From Erysipelothrix inopinata (GTDB lineage: Bacteria > Bacillota_I > Bacilli_A > Erysipelotrichales > Erysipelotrichaceae), in contig NZ_CP060715.1 in assembly GCF_014396165.1 (NCBI RefSeq), positions 180,001 to 212,000 on the forward strand: DNA of 32,000 nucleotides, written 5' to 3'. Both the position numbers and the translations under genes were made by a program. Below, piece after piece: positions 17,055 to 25,053 of this stretch (the stretch's first letter is position 1; every line of letters begins with the position of its first letter). The notes under the pieces were generated by a model. The model made no database searches. It saw only the letters and a list, made by a program, of their open reading frames with translations, and was not told the origin of the DNA.

Positions 17055-18464
17055 CTAATAACCAATTACTACTGCTACCGCTAAGAGGATCCATGCCATG
17101 ACAAACATTAACGCTGTAAGTTTTAATGCAAATTTCATCCATCTATCAATAGGAACGCGTGCAATACCTAACATTGCCATGGTTGCTCCAATTGTTGGGA
17201 AGATGTAGTTTGGAATGGTCGCTCCAAATTGGAATGCCAATACGGTTGTTTGTTGTGTGATACCTATGATTGTTCCAAGTGGTGATAAAACAGGCATTAA
17301 TGATACTGCAAGACCACTACCTGATGGGATAAAGAAGTGAACAATCGCTGTAATAATTGAAATCATAATGGCTCCAAATGTTGGTCCAAAATTAGCAAGC
17401 GGTGCAGATAAAGCATTAATAATTGTATCCATGATCATACCTGTTTCAAGTGTGATTTGAATACCACGTGCGATACCAAGAATTAATGCGACACTCGCTG
17501 CAGAACTTACACCTTTGATGAAGAGTTCAATGATTTCATCAACTGTAAATCCGTAAACAAATCCTGCTGCAAGACCACCAATTAGGAAAACAGTAGACAT
17601 TTCATTGAGATACCAACCAAGTTTACTGGATCCGTAAATAATAGCTCCAAACATAATGAGTAAGATAATCAACACAAGAGTATGTTTCTTTTCAACTTTG
17701 TATTCATTTAAGGGTTTTGAAAGGCCCATACCTTCTGTACTAATACCAACTACAAAACTCTTTTCAGGATTTTTCTCAATACGTTTTGCGTAGAGTGAAA
17801 CAAGTGTTGCGACGAGTGCAGTTGCAATAAATACTGTTAAGAATCTAAAGCCCATACCCGAGAAAATTGGAAGTCCCGTTACGGAGTGTGCCGTCCCTAC
17901 GATAGAAGCATTGATAGGACTAAAGTTCCAACCAGCATAGCCACCACCCATGATCATTCCAAGACCAACAATTAAGTCAAATCCGAGACCAAGAGCAATA
18001 CTTACTCCAATTAATGTAAAGGGAATTTGAATTTCTGGTCCAACAATGATACCTATAGCTGAGAATAAGAATGTAATAATCCAGATAACTGCAGTTTTCG
18101 GAACATTTGAACGTTCTACTTTATTAAGTAAAACACCCATACCGTTTTCTAGAGCACCGGTTGCTGTGATAATACCGAAAGCTGCCGTTGAAATCATGAT
18201 TAAGAAAATAATTGGTGCGGCTCCAACCATACCGAGTGGAATGGATTTAAAGATTCCCCAAATACCAACACCATTTTGTGCAACTTGTTGATACGATCCC
18301 GGAACAACTACAGGTTGCGATAAACCATCAACTGTTTCGCGGACAAACTTACCTGCCGGTAAGACCCATGTTAATACAGCTGCAATAACGATCATTATAA
18401 ATAGAATTACATAAGTGTGGGGTATCTTCTCCCACCACTTTTTGTTTTTTACATCTTTAGACAT
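17055..18464 (-). CDS. YfcC-family (DcuC-like) permease, first gene of the operon
   Basis: KKWWEKIPHTYVILFIMIVIAAVLTWVLPAGKF N-terminus and polytopic body typical of the YfcC family. ATG 18464 is preceded by AGGAGGAG. Confidence 0.85.
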   Translation of the reverse strand: MSKDVKNKKWWEKIPHTYVILFIMIVIAAVLTWVLPAGKFVRETVDGLSQPVVVPGSYQQVAQNGVGIWGIFKSIPLGMVGAAPIIFLIMISTAAFGIITATGALENGMGVLLNKVERSNVPKTAVIWIITFLFSAIGIIVGPEIQIPFTLIGVSIALGLGFDLIVGLGMIMGGGYAGWNFSPINASIVGTAHSVTGLPIFSGMGFRFLTVFIATALVATLVSLYAKRIEKNPEKSFVVGISTEGMGLSKPLNEYKVEKKHTLVLIILLIMFGAIIYGSSKLGWYLNEMSTVFLIGGLAAGFVYGFTVDEIIELFIKGVSSAASVALILGIARGIQITLETGMIMDTIINALSAPLANFGPTFGAIMISIITAIVHFFIPSGSGLAVSLMPVLSPLGTIIGITQQTTVLAFQFGATIPNYIFPTIGATMAMLGIARVPIDRWMKFALKLTALMFVMAWILLAVAVVIGY

Positions 18465-18556
18465 ATTGATTTCTCCTCCTCTTAATAGTGTCAAACGTCT
18501 AATGCAAATAGTTTATGGACTGCTCCATAATCCTCCTTCCCTCTCTTGTCAATTTC

Positions 18557-18585
18557 AATATATCACGAAATGCAAGTGCTTACAA
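18557..18585 (-). promoter_or_regulatory. Candidate promoter of the permease-aldolase-adh-GNAT-mtnK-mtnA operon
   Basis: Minus strand TTGTAA (18585-18580), 17 nt, TATATT (18562-18557), with a TGA extended -10 context. Confidence 0.45.
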
Positions 18586-18586
18586 T

Positions 18587-18637
18587 GATTATTTGTGATT
18601 ATTTGTTGTTTTATTTGATAATCATGTGATTAATTGT
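18587..18637. promoter_or_regulatory. Three copies of a 10-bp direct repeat GATTAWTTGT, candidate DeoR operator
   Basis: GATTATTTGT at 18587-18596 and 18597-18606 (tandem, abutting the -35), and GATTAATTGT at 18628-18637 (31 bp, about three helical turns, from the second copy). Confidence 0.4.
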
Positions 18638-18685
18638 GGTTTTATAGGATGAAATCGGTTACAATTAGATTGAAAAGGAGGATAT

Positions 18686-19654
18686 ATGATGAATTATCAT
18701 GAATATACATTGAAAAACAACAAAATAACAGTTAAATTTCTGGATTTAGGAGGAACATTGACACATTTCTCCACATCTGATGATGAAAAGAACTGTATCA
18801 TTCGATTTAAAGAATTAGATTCTTATGAAGTAAATCGTGGTTTTCTAGGAGCAAATGTTGGACCCCTTGCTGGAAGGACTGAAAATGCTCTCTTTGAGGT
18901 TGCGGGTCAGATTTATCATTTGGACCAAAATGTACCACCCCATCATTTACACGGTGGATCTTTAGGTTTAAATAAACAACGTATGAAAGTAGACATTATT
19001 AGCGATACACACGCTATTCTCACAAACACAACAGATTATACTGAAACAGGATATCCCGGAAGTACGACCACAACCATTACTTACAAACTCGTGGATAATT
19101 CATTCACCATTACATATAACGTTATCCCTACGAAACCAATGCCTATTAATATCACCAATCACAGTTACTTTAATTTATCTCAGGAAGATACTGCAAAGGG
19201 ACACGATCTTCAAGTCCCTTCAAATTATGTTGTTGCGGTAAGTGAGAACGGTTCAAATACAGACACATTTATTCCAGTATCAAATACTGTCTTTGACCTC
19301 AATCAATTTAATAATGTAGGTAATCTCTTAGTTCAAGAGCATCCACAATTTAAAATGACCCGTCATATCGACCATACTTATCTCTTATCCAATGATCATG
19401 AGATTGTATTGAGGCATCTTGGTACAGGTAAAATACTTCGAATTCACTCATCCATGCCCGCTACGCAGATTTACCTTGCAAACTATTTTGATGGGAGTCT
19501 TACCAACGAGCACGACAAACCCATACTTCGAAACTGCGGTGTTGCGATTGAACCTCAACACATTCCCAACGAAATTAATCTCTGGAATAAAGAAATATAC
19601 GATCAATCTCATCCCTTCCACGAAACAATTACTTATACCTTAACTCACATTTAA
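18686..19654 (+). CDS. Aldose 1-epimerase (mutarotase) family protein
   Basis: 322 aa. GANVGPLAGR, HLHGG, TNHSYFNL and a CGVAIEPQ-type C-terminal block typical of the galactose mutarotase-like fold. AAGGAGG RBS. Confidence 0.85.
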   Translation: MMNYHEYTLKNNKITVKFLDLGGTLTHFSTSDDEKNCIIRFKELDSYEVNRGFLGANVGPLAGRTENALFEVAGQIYHLDQNVPPHHLHGGSLGLNKQRMKVDIISDTHAILTNTTDYTETGYPGSTTTTITYKLVDNSFTITYNVIPTKPMPINITNHSYFNLSQEDTAKGHDLQVPSNYVVAVSENGSNTDTFIPVSNTVFDLNQFNNVGNLLVQEHPQFKMTRHIDHTYLLSNDHEIVLRHLGTGKILRIHSSMPATQIYLANYFDGSLTNEHDKPILRNCGVAIEPQHIPNEINLWNKEIYDQSHPFHETITYTLTHI

Positions 19655-19667
19655 TTCCATCAAGCAT

Positions 19668-19707
19668 AAAAAAGCTCTTCAACACATTTGTGCTGAGGAG
19701 CTTTTTT
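19668..19707. terminator. Bidirectional terminator between the mutarotase gene and the ABC transporter operon
   Basis: AAAAAA-GCTCTTCAACAC-attt-GTGCTGAGGAGC-TTTTTT. Confidence 0.7.
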
Positions 19708-19715
19708 ACTATAAC

Positions 19716-20660
19716 TTAGTTACCCATTAATCCATCATGAATTAAACGGATATTGTGTTCTAAGAATTTAATGTATGTATCTACTGGAGTTCCCTTTTTA
19801 CCAAGTTCATCTGAATAGATTTTTTCTTTGTAAATTGGAATTCCAGATTCTTTGGATACTTGTTCCATTGGACGTGTTTCAACGTTTGATTCAACGAAGA
19901 CGACCGCAGGTTGTTTTTCTTTAAGTTCTCCAATTAATGTTTTAATTTGTTCTGGAGTTCCTAATTCTTCAGTATCAATTTCCCAGATATATAAATGTTC
20001 CAAACCGTAAGTTTCTGTCATGTATTGGAAAGCATGTTCACTTGCAGTGAAGACACGTTTATCTGCTGGAATTTCCGCAATCTTTTCTGCGTATTCTTTA
20101 TCAATTCTATCAAGTTCTGCTAGATACTTATCAGCATTTGCTTCGTAAGTAGCTTTATTTTCTGGATCTACTTTAATGAATGCATCACGCACATTTTTTG
20201 TCATGATGATTCCTACTTTAGGATCTAAGAATGCGTGTGGATTAATTTCTTCATCTGCACTTCCTTCACCTAGGAAACGTGGCTCTACACCAACACTTGC
20301 TTCGAAGATTTTATCTTCAGGTTGTTTTACTGTAACCATTAATTTATGGAACCAACCTTTATCGCCACCTTCAAGGTTTAGACCATTGAAGAGAAGAACA
20401 TCAGCATCTGTAGCTGCCTTGTTGTCTTCTGGTAGTGGTTCGTATTCATGGGGATCTGTTCCAGTTGGAACAAGGTTATGAACAGTAACTTTATCGCCAC
20501 CAACTTCTGATGCGATATCAGATAAGATTGAGAATGAAGAAACTACCTTCAATTTTCCATCTGTGTTTTCTGCAGGTTCTTTCGGTTTACTTTGTGAACA
20601 ACCTGTTAGCACGAATACTGCCATGAGTACCGCTAAAATACTTTTAAACTTTTTATTCAT
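19716..20660 (-). CDS. Metal ABC transporter substrate-binding lipoprotein (cluster A-I, PsaA/MntA-like; Mn/Fe-type ligand pattern)
   Basis: Lipobox VLTGCS. DPHEYEP, INPHAFLDP, TASEHAFQY (Glu where PsaA has its Glu ligand) and VFVESNVETRP. No His-rich Zn loop. Start at ATG 20660 (AAAGGAGAG RBS). Confidence 0.9.
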   Translation of the reverse strand: MNKKFKSILAVLMAVFVLTGCSQSKPKEPAENTDGKLKVVSSFSILSDIASEVGGDKVTVHNLVPTGTDPHEYEPLPEDNKAATDADVLLFNGLNLEGGDKGWFHKLMVTVKQPEDKIFEASVGVEPRFLGEGSADEEINPHAFLDPKVGIIMTKNVRDAFIKVDPENKATYEANADKYLAELDRIDKEYAEKIAEIPADKRVFTASEHAFQYMTETYGLEHLYIWEIDTEELGTPEQIKTLIGELKEKQPAVVFVESNVETRPMEQVSKESGIPIYKEKIYSDELGKKGTPVDTYIKFLEHNIRLIHDGLMGN

Positions 20661-20684
20661 GTTATCTCTCCTTTTAACCATTTA

Positions 20685-21554
20685 TTAAGCAAAACGTTGT
20701 TTTGCTTTTTGTTTACGAATAAAATTCCAAACAACACCTTGTTTTGGTGCAAATAGAAACGCAATTACAAAGAACGATGTCGCCACAAGAACAATCACTG
20801 GGCCAGAGGACAAGTTGTAAGTACTGCTTAAGAACAATCCAACTATGGACGACACTGTTCCAAATAATGCTGATAAACCAATCATAGTCGATAATTTATG
20901 AGTGAGAAGATATGCTGTAGCAGCTGGAGTAATTAACATCGCAACAACTAAGATAACTCCTACTGTTTGAAGTGAAGCTACTGTAACTAATGTTAGTAAA
21001 ACCATAAGTAAGTAGTGGTAACGGTTTGCGTTGATACCATATGAACTCGCAATGGTTGGATCGAAGGATGTGATAAGAAACTCTTTATAGAGTATTAGTA
21101 TTACTGCTAATACGAATATACCAATTCCAAGTGTTAACCACATATCAGAATCTTTAACCATTAAGACGTTTCCAAATAAGATAGAATCTAAACTTACCGC
21201 AGTTTGAGCTTTCATGAACATTATAATTCCTAAAGCCAAGAATGCAGAGAAGATAATACCGATTGACGTATCACTTTTTAGTTTACTGTTTTGATTTACA
21301 AATCCAATGGTGAGTGATGTGATAAGTCCCATTACAACCGCGCCATAGAAATAGTTGATGCCAAGCATATAAGAAGCAGCAACTCCAGGTAATACGGCAT
21401 GAGATATCGCATCTCCCATTAAGGACATTCCTCTTAGAATAATGAAACATCCAATAACTCCAGCAATAATACCAACCATAACTGATGTAAATAATGCTTT
21501 TTGTAAAAAGTCATAGACCATTAGGTCATTAATAAATGCACTAATTAACTCCAT
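20685..21554 (-). CDS. Metal ABC transporter permease
   Basis: Polytopic ABC-3 family permease. Start at ATG 21554 (CAGGAGG RBS), overlapping the ATPase gene's end by 14 nt. Confidence 0.9.
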   Translation of the reverse strand: MELISAFINDLMVYDFLQKALFTSVMVGIIAGVIGCFIILRGMSLMGDAISHAVLPGVAASYMLGINYFYGAVVMGLITSLTIGFVNQNSKLKSDTSIGIIFSAFLALGIIMFMKAQTAVSLDSILFGNVLMVKDSDMWLTLGIGIFVLAVILILYKEFLITSFDPTIASSYGINANRYHYLLMVLLTLVTVASLQTVGVILVVAMLITPAATAYLLTHKLSTMIGLSALFGTVSSIVGLFLSSTYNLSSGPVIVLVATSFFVIAFLFAPKQGVVWNFIRKQKAKQRFA

Positions 21555-22296
21555 AAGAGAGACCTCCTGTTTGTGGGTCAATCGTGAAATCTGTTCGATA
21601 TGCACGTGACATAATGTCTTTCTTAAAGACAGATTCTACAGGACCTGATTGAATTAATTCACGATTAATCAGAATTAAATCATCAAAGTAGTCTTTAACT
21701 TTTGATAAATCATGGTGAACTACGAAGACTGTTTTTCCTTCATCACGTAGCTCGCCAAGAATACCGACGATTGTTTTTTCACTTGCAACATCAATTCCAA
21801 CAAAAGGTTCATCAAGGAAGAACAATTCTGCTTCTTGAGCAAGTGCTCTTGCTAAGAAGACACGTTGTTGTTGCCCACCTGATAATTCACCAATTTGTTT
21901 GTCTGCAAATTCCATCATACCAACACGTTCGAGGCATTCATTTACAAGTTCTTTTTCTTTAGCACCTGGTTTTTTAAATAAACCAAGTTTTGGATACGTT
22001 CCAAGCATCACCGTGTCATATACATTAATTGGAAAGTCCCAGTCAATGTTACTTCTTTGTGGCACATAAGCAATACGCTTACGTGATGCTTCAATTGATT
22101 CCCCAAATATTTTTACTTCTCCACGATCTCGAGGAATTAATTTCATAATTGCCTTGATCATCGTAGATTTCCCCGCTCCGTTTGGACCAATGATTCCGAC
22201 AAGTTTTCCTGGACCAAATTCAAAGCTTACATCACTTAATACTTCATGACCATAATAAGATACATGTAGGTGATTCACTTCAATTACATTACTCAT
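21541..22296 (-). CDS. Metal ABC transporter ATP-binding protein
   Basis: Walker A GPNGAGKST, signature LSGGQQQRV, Walker B LFFLDEP. Confidence 0.92.
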   Translation of the reverse strand: MSNVIEVNHLHVSYYGHEVLSDVSFEFGPGKLVGIIGPNGAGKSTMIKAIMKLIPRDRGEVKIFGESIEASRKRIAYVPQRSNIDWDFPINVYDTVMLGTYPKLGLFKKPGAKEKELVNECLERVGMMEFADKQIGELSGGQQQRVFLARALAQEAELFFLDEPFVGIDVASEKTIVGILGELRDEGKTVFVVHHDLSKVKDYFDDLILINRELIQSGPVESVFKKDIMSRAYRTDFTIDPQTGGLSYGVN

Positions 22297-22353
22297 ATTC
22301 TCACCTTCCTTAAAACATCTTTGTTTGTGTTTAAACAGCTGTAATTTTTAGTA

Positions 22354-22390
22354 TTAGGTTAGCCGATTTAATTTAATTAGGCATCCCTAA
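22354..22390. promoter_or_regulatory. DtxR/MntR-family-like operator cluster downstream of the transporter promoter
   Basis: TTAGGTTAGCC (22354-22364) matches the left half of the DtxR/IdeR consensus TTAGGTTAGCCTAACCTAA exactly. Also TAATTtAATTA palindrome (22369-22379) and TTAGGcatcCCTAA palindrome (22377-22390). Confidence 0.45.
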
Positions 22391-22397
22391 CAAAATG

Positions 22398-22426
22398 AGT
22401 ATACTAACATTTCTAAGTTTTGTCAA
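22398..22426 (-). promoter_or_regulatory. Near-consensus sigmaA promoter of the metal ABC transporter operon
   Basis: Minus strand TTGACA (22426-22421), 17 nt, TATACT (22403-22398). Confidence 0.6.
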
Positions 22427-22547
22427 TGCTTTAGAATAAACCTTTTATCTTTATATTAAAGAAGGTTGATATTTAATCTGATTTACGAGCATCCATCATC
22501 CTACCTTCCTTATTTAAAGCTATAATTAACTAAGGAGGTACTTAATT

Positions 22548-22955
22548 ATGAAAACTTTAACACCCTTACAAGAAGCAGTCATCAAAGAAGGAAAAACGGA
22601 AGCACCCTTTAGCGGTATCTATGATAATTTTTATGAAAAAGGAATATATGTAGATTTAGTCAGTGGCGAAGTTCTATTTAGTTCTTTAGATAAGTTTGAT
22701 GCCGGATGCGGATGGCCTGCATTCAGTAAACCGGTTGAAGAGGTGAAGTACATTGAAGATCATTCTCATAATATGATTAGAACCGAAGTGAAGTCTCTTA
22801 ATGCAGACTCTCATTTAGGTCATGTCTTTAATGATGGTCCCAAAGAATTGGGTGGATATCGCTATTGTATTAATTCTGCCGCCCTAAAATTTATTCCATA
22901 TGATAGAATGATTGAAGAAGGTTACGAAAGTTACCTTTACTTGTTTGCTGAATAA
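22548..22955 (+). CDS. msrB: Peptide-methionine (R)-S-oxide reductase MsrB (Zn-less form)
   Basis: [17 protein letters not shown] and RYCINS catalytic Cys block. No CxxC zinc pairs. AGGAGG RBS. Confidence 0.93.
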   Translation: MKTLTPLQEAVIKEGKTEAPFSGIYDNFYEKGIYVDLVSGEVLFSSLDKFDAGCGWPAFSKPVEEVKYIEDHSHNMIRTEVKSLNADSHLGHVFNDGPKELGGYRYCINSAALKFIPYDRMIEEGYESYLYLFAE

Positions 22956-22967
22956 TAAGGAGGAACT

Positions 22968-23990
22968 ATGGAACAATATCTCAACGAACTTAACGATTTA
23001 CTTAATATTAAAAGTCCTACCGGACATACTGAAGAAGCAATCCAATATGCCGAAGCAGTCTTCAAAGAAATTGGTATCCCAACAAGACGAACCAATAAAA
23101 ACGCATTAATCGCAACAATTCTTGGTGAAGATGACGACAATCACGTAACACTCTCGGCACACGTCGACACCCTTGGTGCTCTTGTAAAAGAGATAACACC
23201 AACAGGTCGTCTCCGTTTAACACAATTGGGTGGATACGCATGGCCTACTATTGAAGGAGAACATGTAACTGTCGAAACTCTAAATGGAAAGTTTTATACA
23301 GGAACTGTTCTTACTAATAAAGCGTCATCTCATGTTCACGGTGTGGAAACGACTTCAAACCCACGTAATGAAAAAACACTTGAAGTACGAATCGATGAAA
23401 AAGTATTCACTAAAAACGATGTCTTAGAACTTGGTATTCGTGTTGGTGATTATGTTCACCTCGACCCACGTACAACATTTACAGATTCAGGATTCATTAA
23501 GTAACGTCATCTTGATGATAAAGCATGTGTTGTTTCACTCTTTGAAATTGCACGCTTCTTCACCAATACAAAAACAAAACCACGTCACACTACAAATCTT
23601 TTTATCTCAAACTACGAAGAGGTTGGTCATGGTGCATCTGCAGCCATTCCTGAAAAAACGCGTGAGTTTATCGCAATTGACATGGCCGCTCCTGGAGAAG
23701 GTCAAGAATCTGATGAATACTCCGTAACAATTTGCGCTAAAGATAGCTCAGGTCCATACGACTACGAATTAAGAAAACGTCTCGTGAAATTAGCTGAGGA
23801 TCATCAAATTCCGTTCAAATTAGATATCTATCCTTTCTATGGTTCCGACGGATCAGCCGCATTACGAGCAGGACACGATATTCGTGTAGCTTTAATTGGT
23901 CCCGGTGTTGATTCATCACATAGCTATGAACGAACACATAAAGAAGCCATTGATGCTACTACTAAACTTTGCATTGCTTATCTCAGATAA
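22968..23990 (+). pseudogene. M42-family metallo-aminopeptidase (FrvX/YsdC/PepA-like) interrupted by one in-frame TAA at 23502-23504
   Basis: ORFs 22968-23504 and 23682-23990 are in the same frame (offset 714 = 238 x 3). The translation across the gap is continuous family-like sequence (..DSGFIK*RHLDDKACVVSLFEIA..NYEEVGHGAS..IDMAAPG..). Confidence 0.8.
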
Positions 23991-24094
23991 AAATTAAAGG
24001 TATTTCTCAATATGAACTGCTCCCTGTCAAGTAGACAGGTGAAATAAATAAAATACCCAAGATGATTTATCGCTTTACGATGAATCATCTTTTC

Positions 24095-25042
24095 TTATGC
24101 TACAGTCGCCTGCATTTGCTTTTCTCTAATGTTTGACCAATAAGCTTCAATTTTCTTGTTGGTTGGAATTGAATAACTTATAGGTGTCTCTGATCCTAAT
24201 GCTTCAGTTCGAACCATCATTGGTGTTTTGTTTTTAAATCGTTTTTGAAGTCTCTTGTTGTTATAAAAATCAATATACGCATCAATTGCTTTCTTTAACT
24301 CGCTTTTAGTATTGAATTCATTAGGATAGTACATTTCTGATTTGATAGTTCCCCAGAATCCTTCCATAGGACCATTATCAATACAGTGTCCCACTCTAGA
24401 CATACTTTGTATCATTCCTTGATCTTCTAGCTGTTTTCTAAATACCCTACTTGTATATTGGAATCCTCGGTCACTGTGAAATAAAGGCTTTGCCTCTGGA
24501 TATCTCGTGATAGCTTTATGATAAGTATCAAACACAAGTTGATTATTGTTACGATCACTTATGTGGTACGCCACAATACTCAAATCATAAAGATCAATAA
24601 TCGCACTGAGATACAGCTTCTTACCTGAACCTTTAATCTTAAATTCTGTGACATCTGTCAACCATTTTTCATTTGGTCTAGAAGCAAAGAAATTACGATT
24701 TAAAATATTTTCAGCTGTGATTTCAGGAGTGCTTCGTGAATACTTTTTAGACTTTTGACGAATCACTGATTTCACACCCAGCATCTTCATGAGTCTATGA
24801 ATCCTCTTTGGGTTATAATGAACTCTATTAAGTTCATTAATCCAATCTGTCATTCGTCGATAACCTAAGATATGTCCAAACATTTCATCATAATCAAGAA
24901 TGAGATTACAAAGCTCATGATTCTCAATTTCATTGCTTGTTTCAACACGGTGCGTCCATTTATAATAACTGCTTCTTGCGATTTTAAGTACCTTACACAT
25001 CCATTGAATGCTCCAACCATGTTTATAATGAAGTTCTTGCAC
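24095..25042 (-). CDS. IS3-family OrfB (DDE transposase/integrase core), normally expressed as an OrfAB fusion
   Basis: WLTDVTEF, HSDRGFQYTS and NGPMEGFWGTIKSE rve-domain DDE blocks. The track start is a GTG inside the open -1 frame. Confidence 0.9.
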   Translation of the reverse strand: MQELHYKHGWSIQWMCKVLKIARSSYYKWTHRVETSNEIENHELCNLILDYDEMFGHILGYRRMTDWINELNRVHYNPKRIHRLMKMLGVKSVIRQKSKKYSRSTPEITAENILNRNFFASRPNEKWLTDVTEFKIKGSGKKLYLSAIIDLYDLSIVAYHISDRNNNQLVFDTYHKAITRYPEAKPLFHSDRGFQYTSRVFRKQLEDQGMIQSMSRVGHCIDNGPMEGFWGTIKSEMYYPNEFNTKSELKKAIDAYIDFYNNKRLQKRFKNKTPMMVRTEALGSETPISYSIPTNKKIEAYWSNIREKQMQATVA

Positions 25043-25053
25043 GGCAAGATACT

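Noticed and set aside
18465-18685. Looked for an S-box (SAM) riboswitch or T-box leader upstream of the mtnK-containing operon.
   Set aside because: The leader is only about 85 nt and shows no recognisable S-box helices or T-box specifier/antiterminator elements. A DeoR gene and direct-repeat operators explain the regulation better.
22333-22340. 8-bp palindrome ACAGCTGT in the 5' UTR of the metal ABC transporter operon.
   Set aside because: It is too short, the flanks are not symmetric, and I cannot link it to a regulator motif.
23502-23504. Alternative genetic code or programmed recoding of TAA in the M42 peptidase gene.
   Set aside because: TAA is the ordinary stop of many genes in this window, and no read-through-promoting context or structure is evident. 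A nonsense mutation or a sequence error is the simpler explanation.
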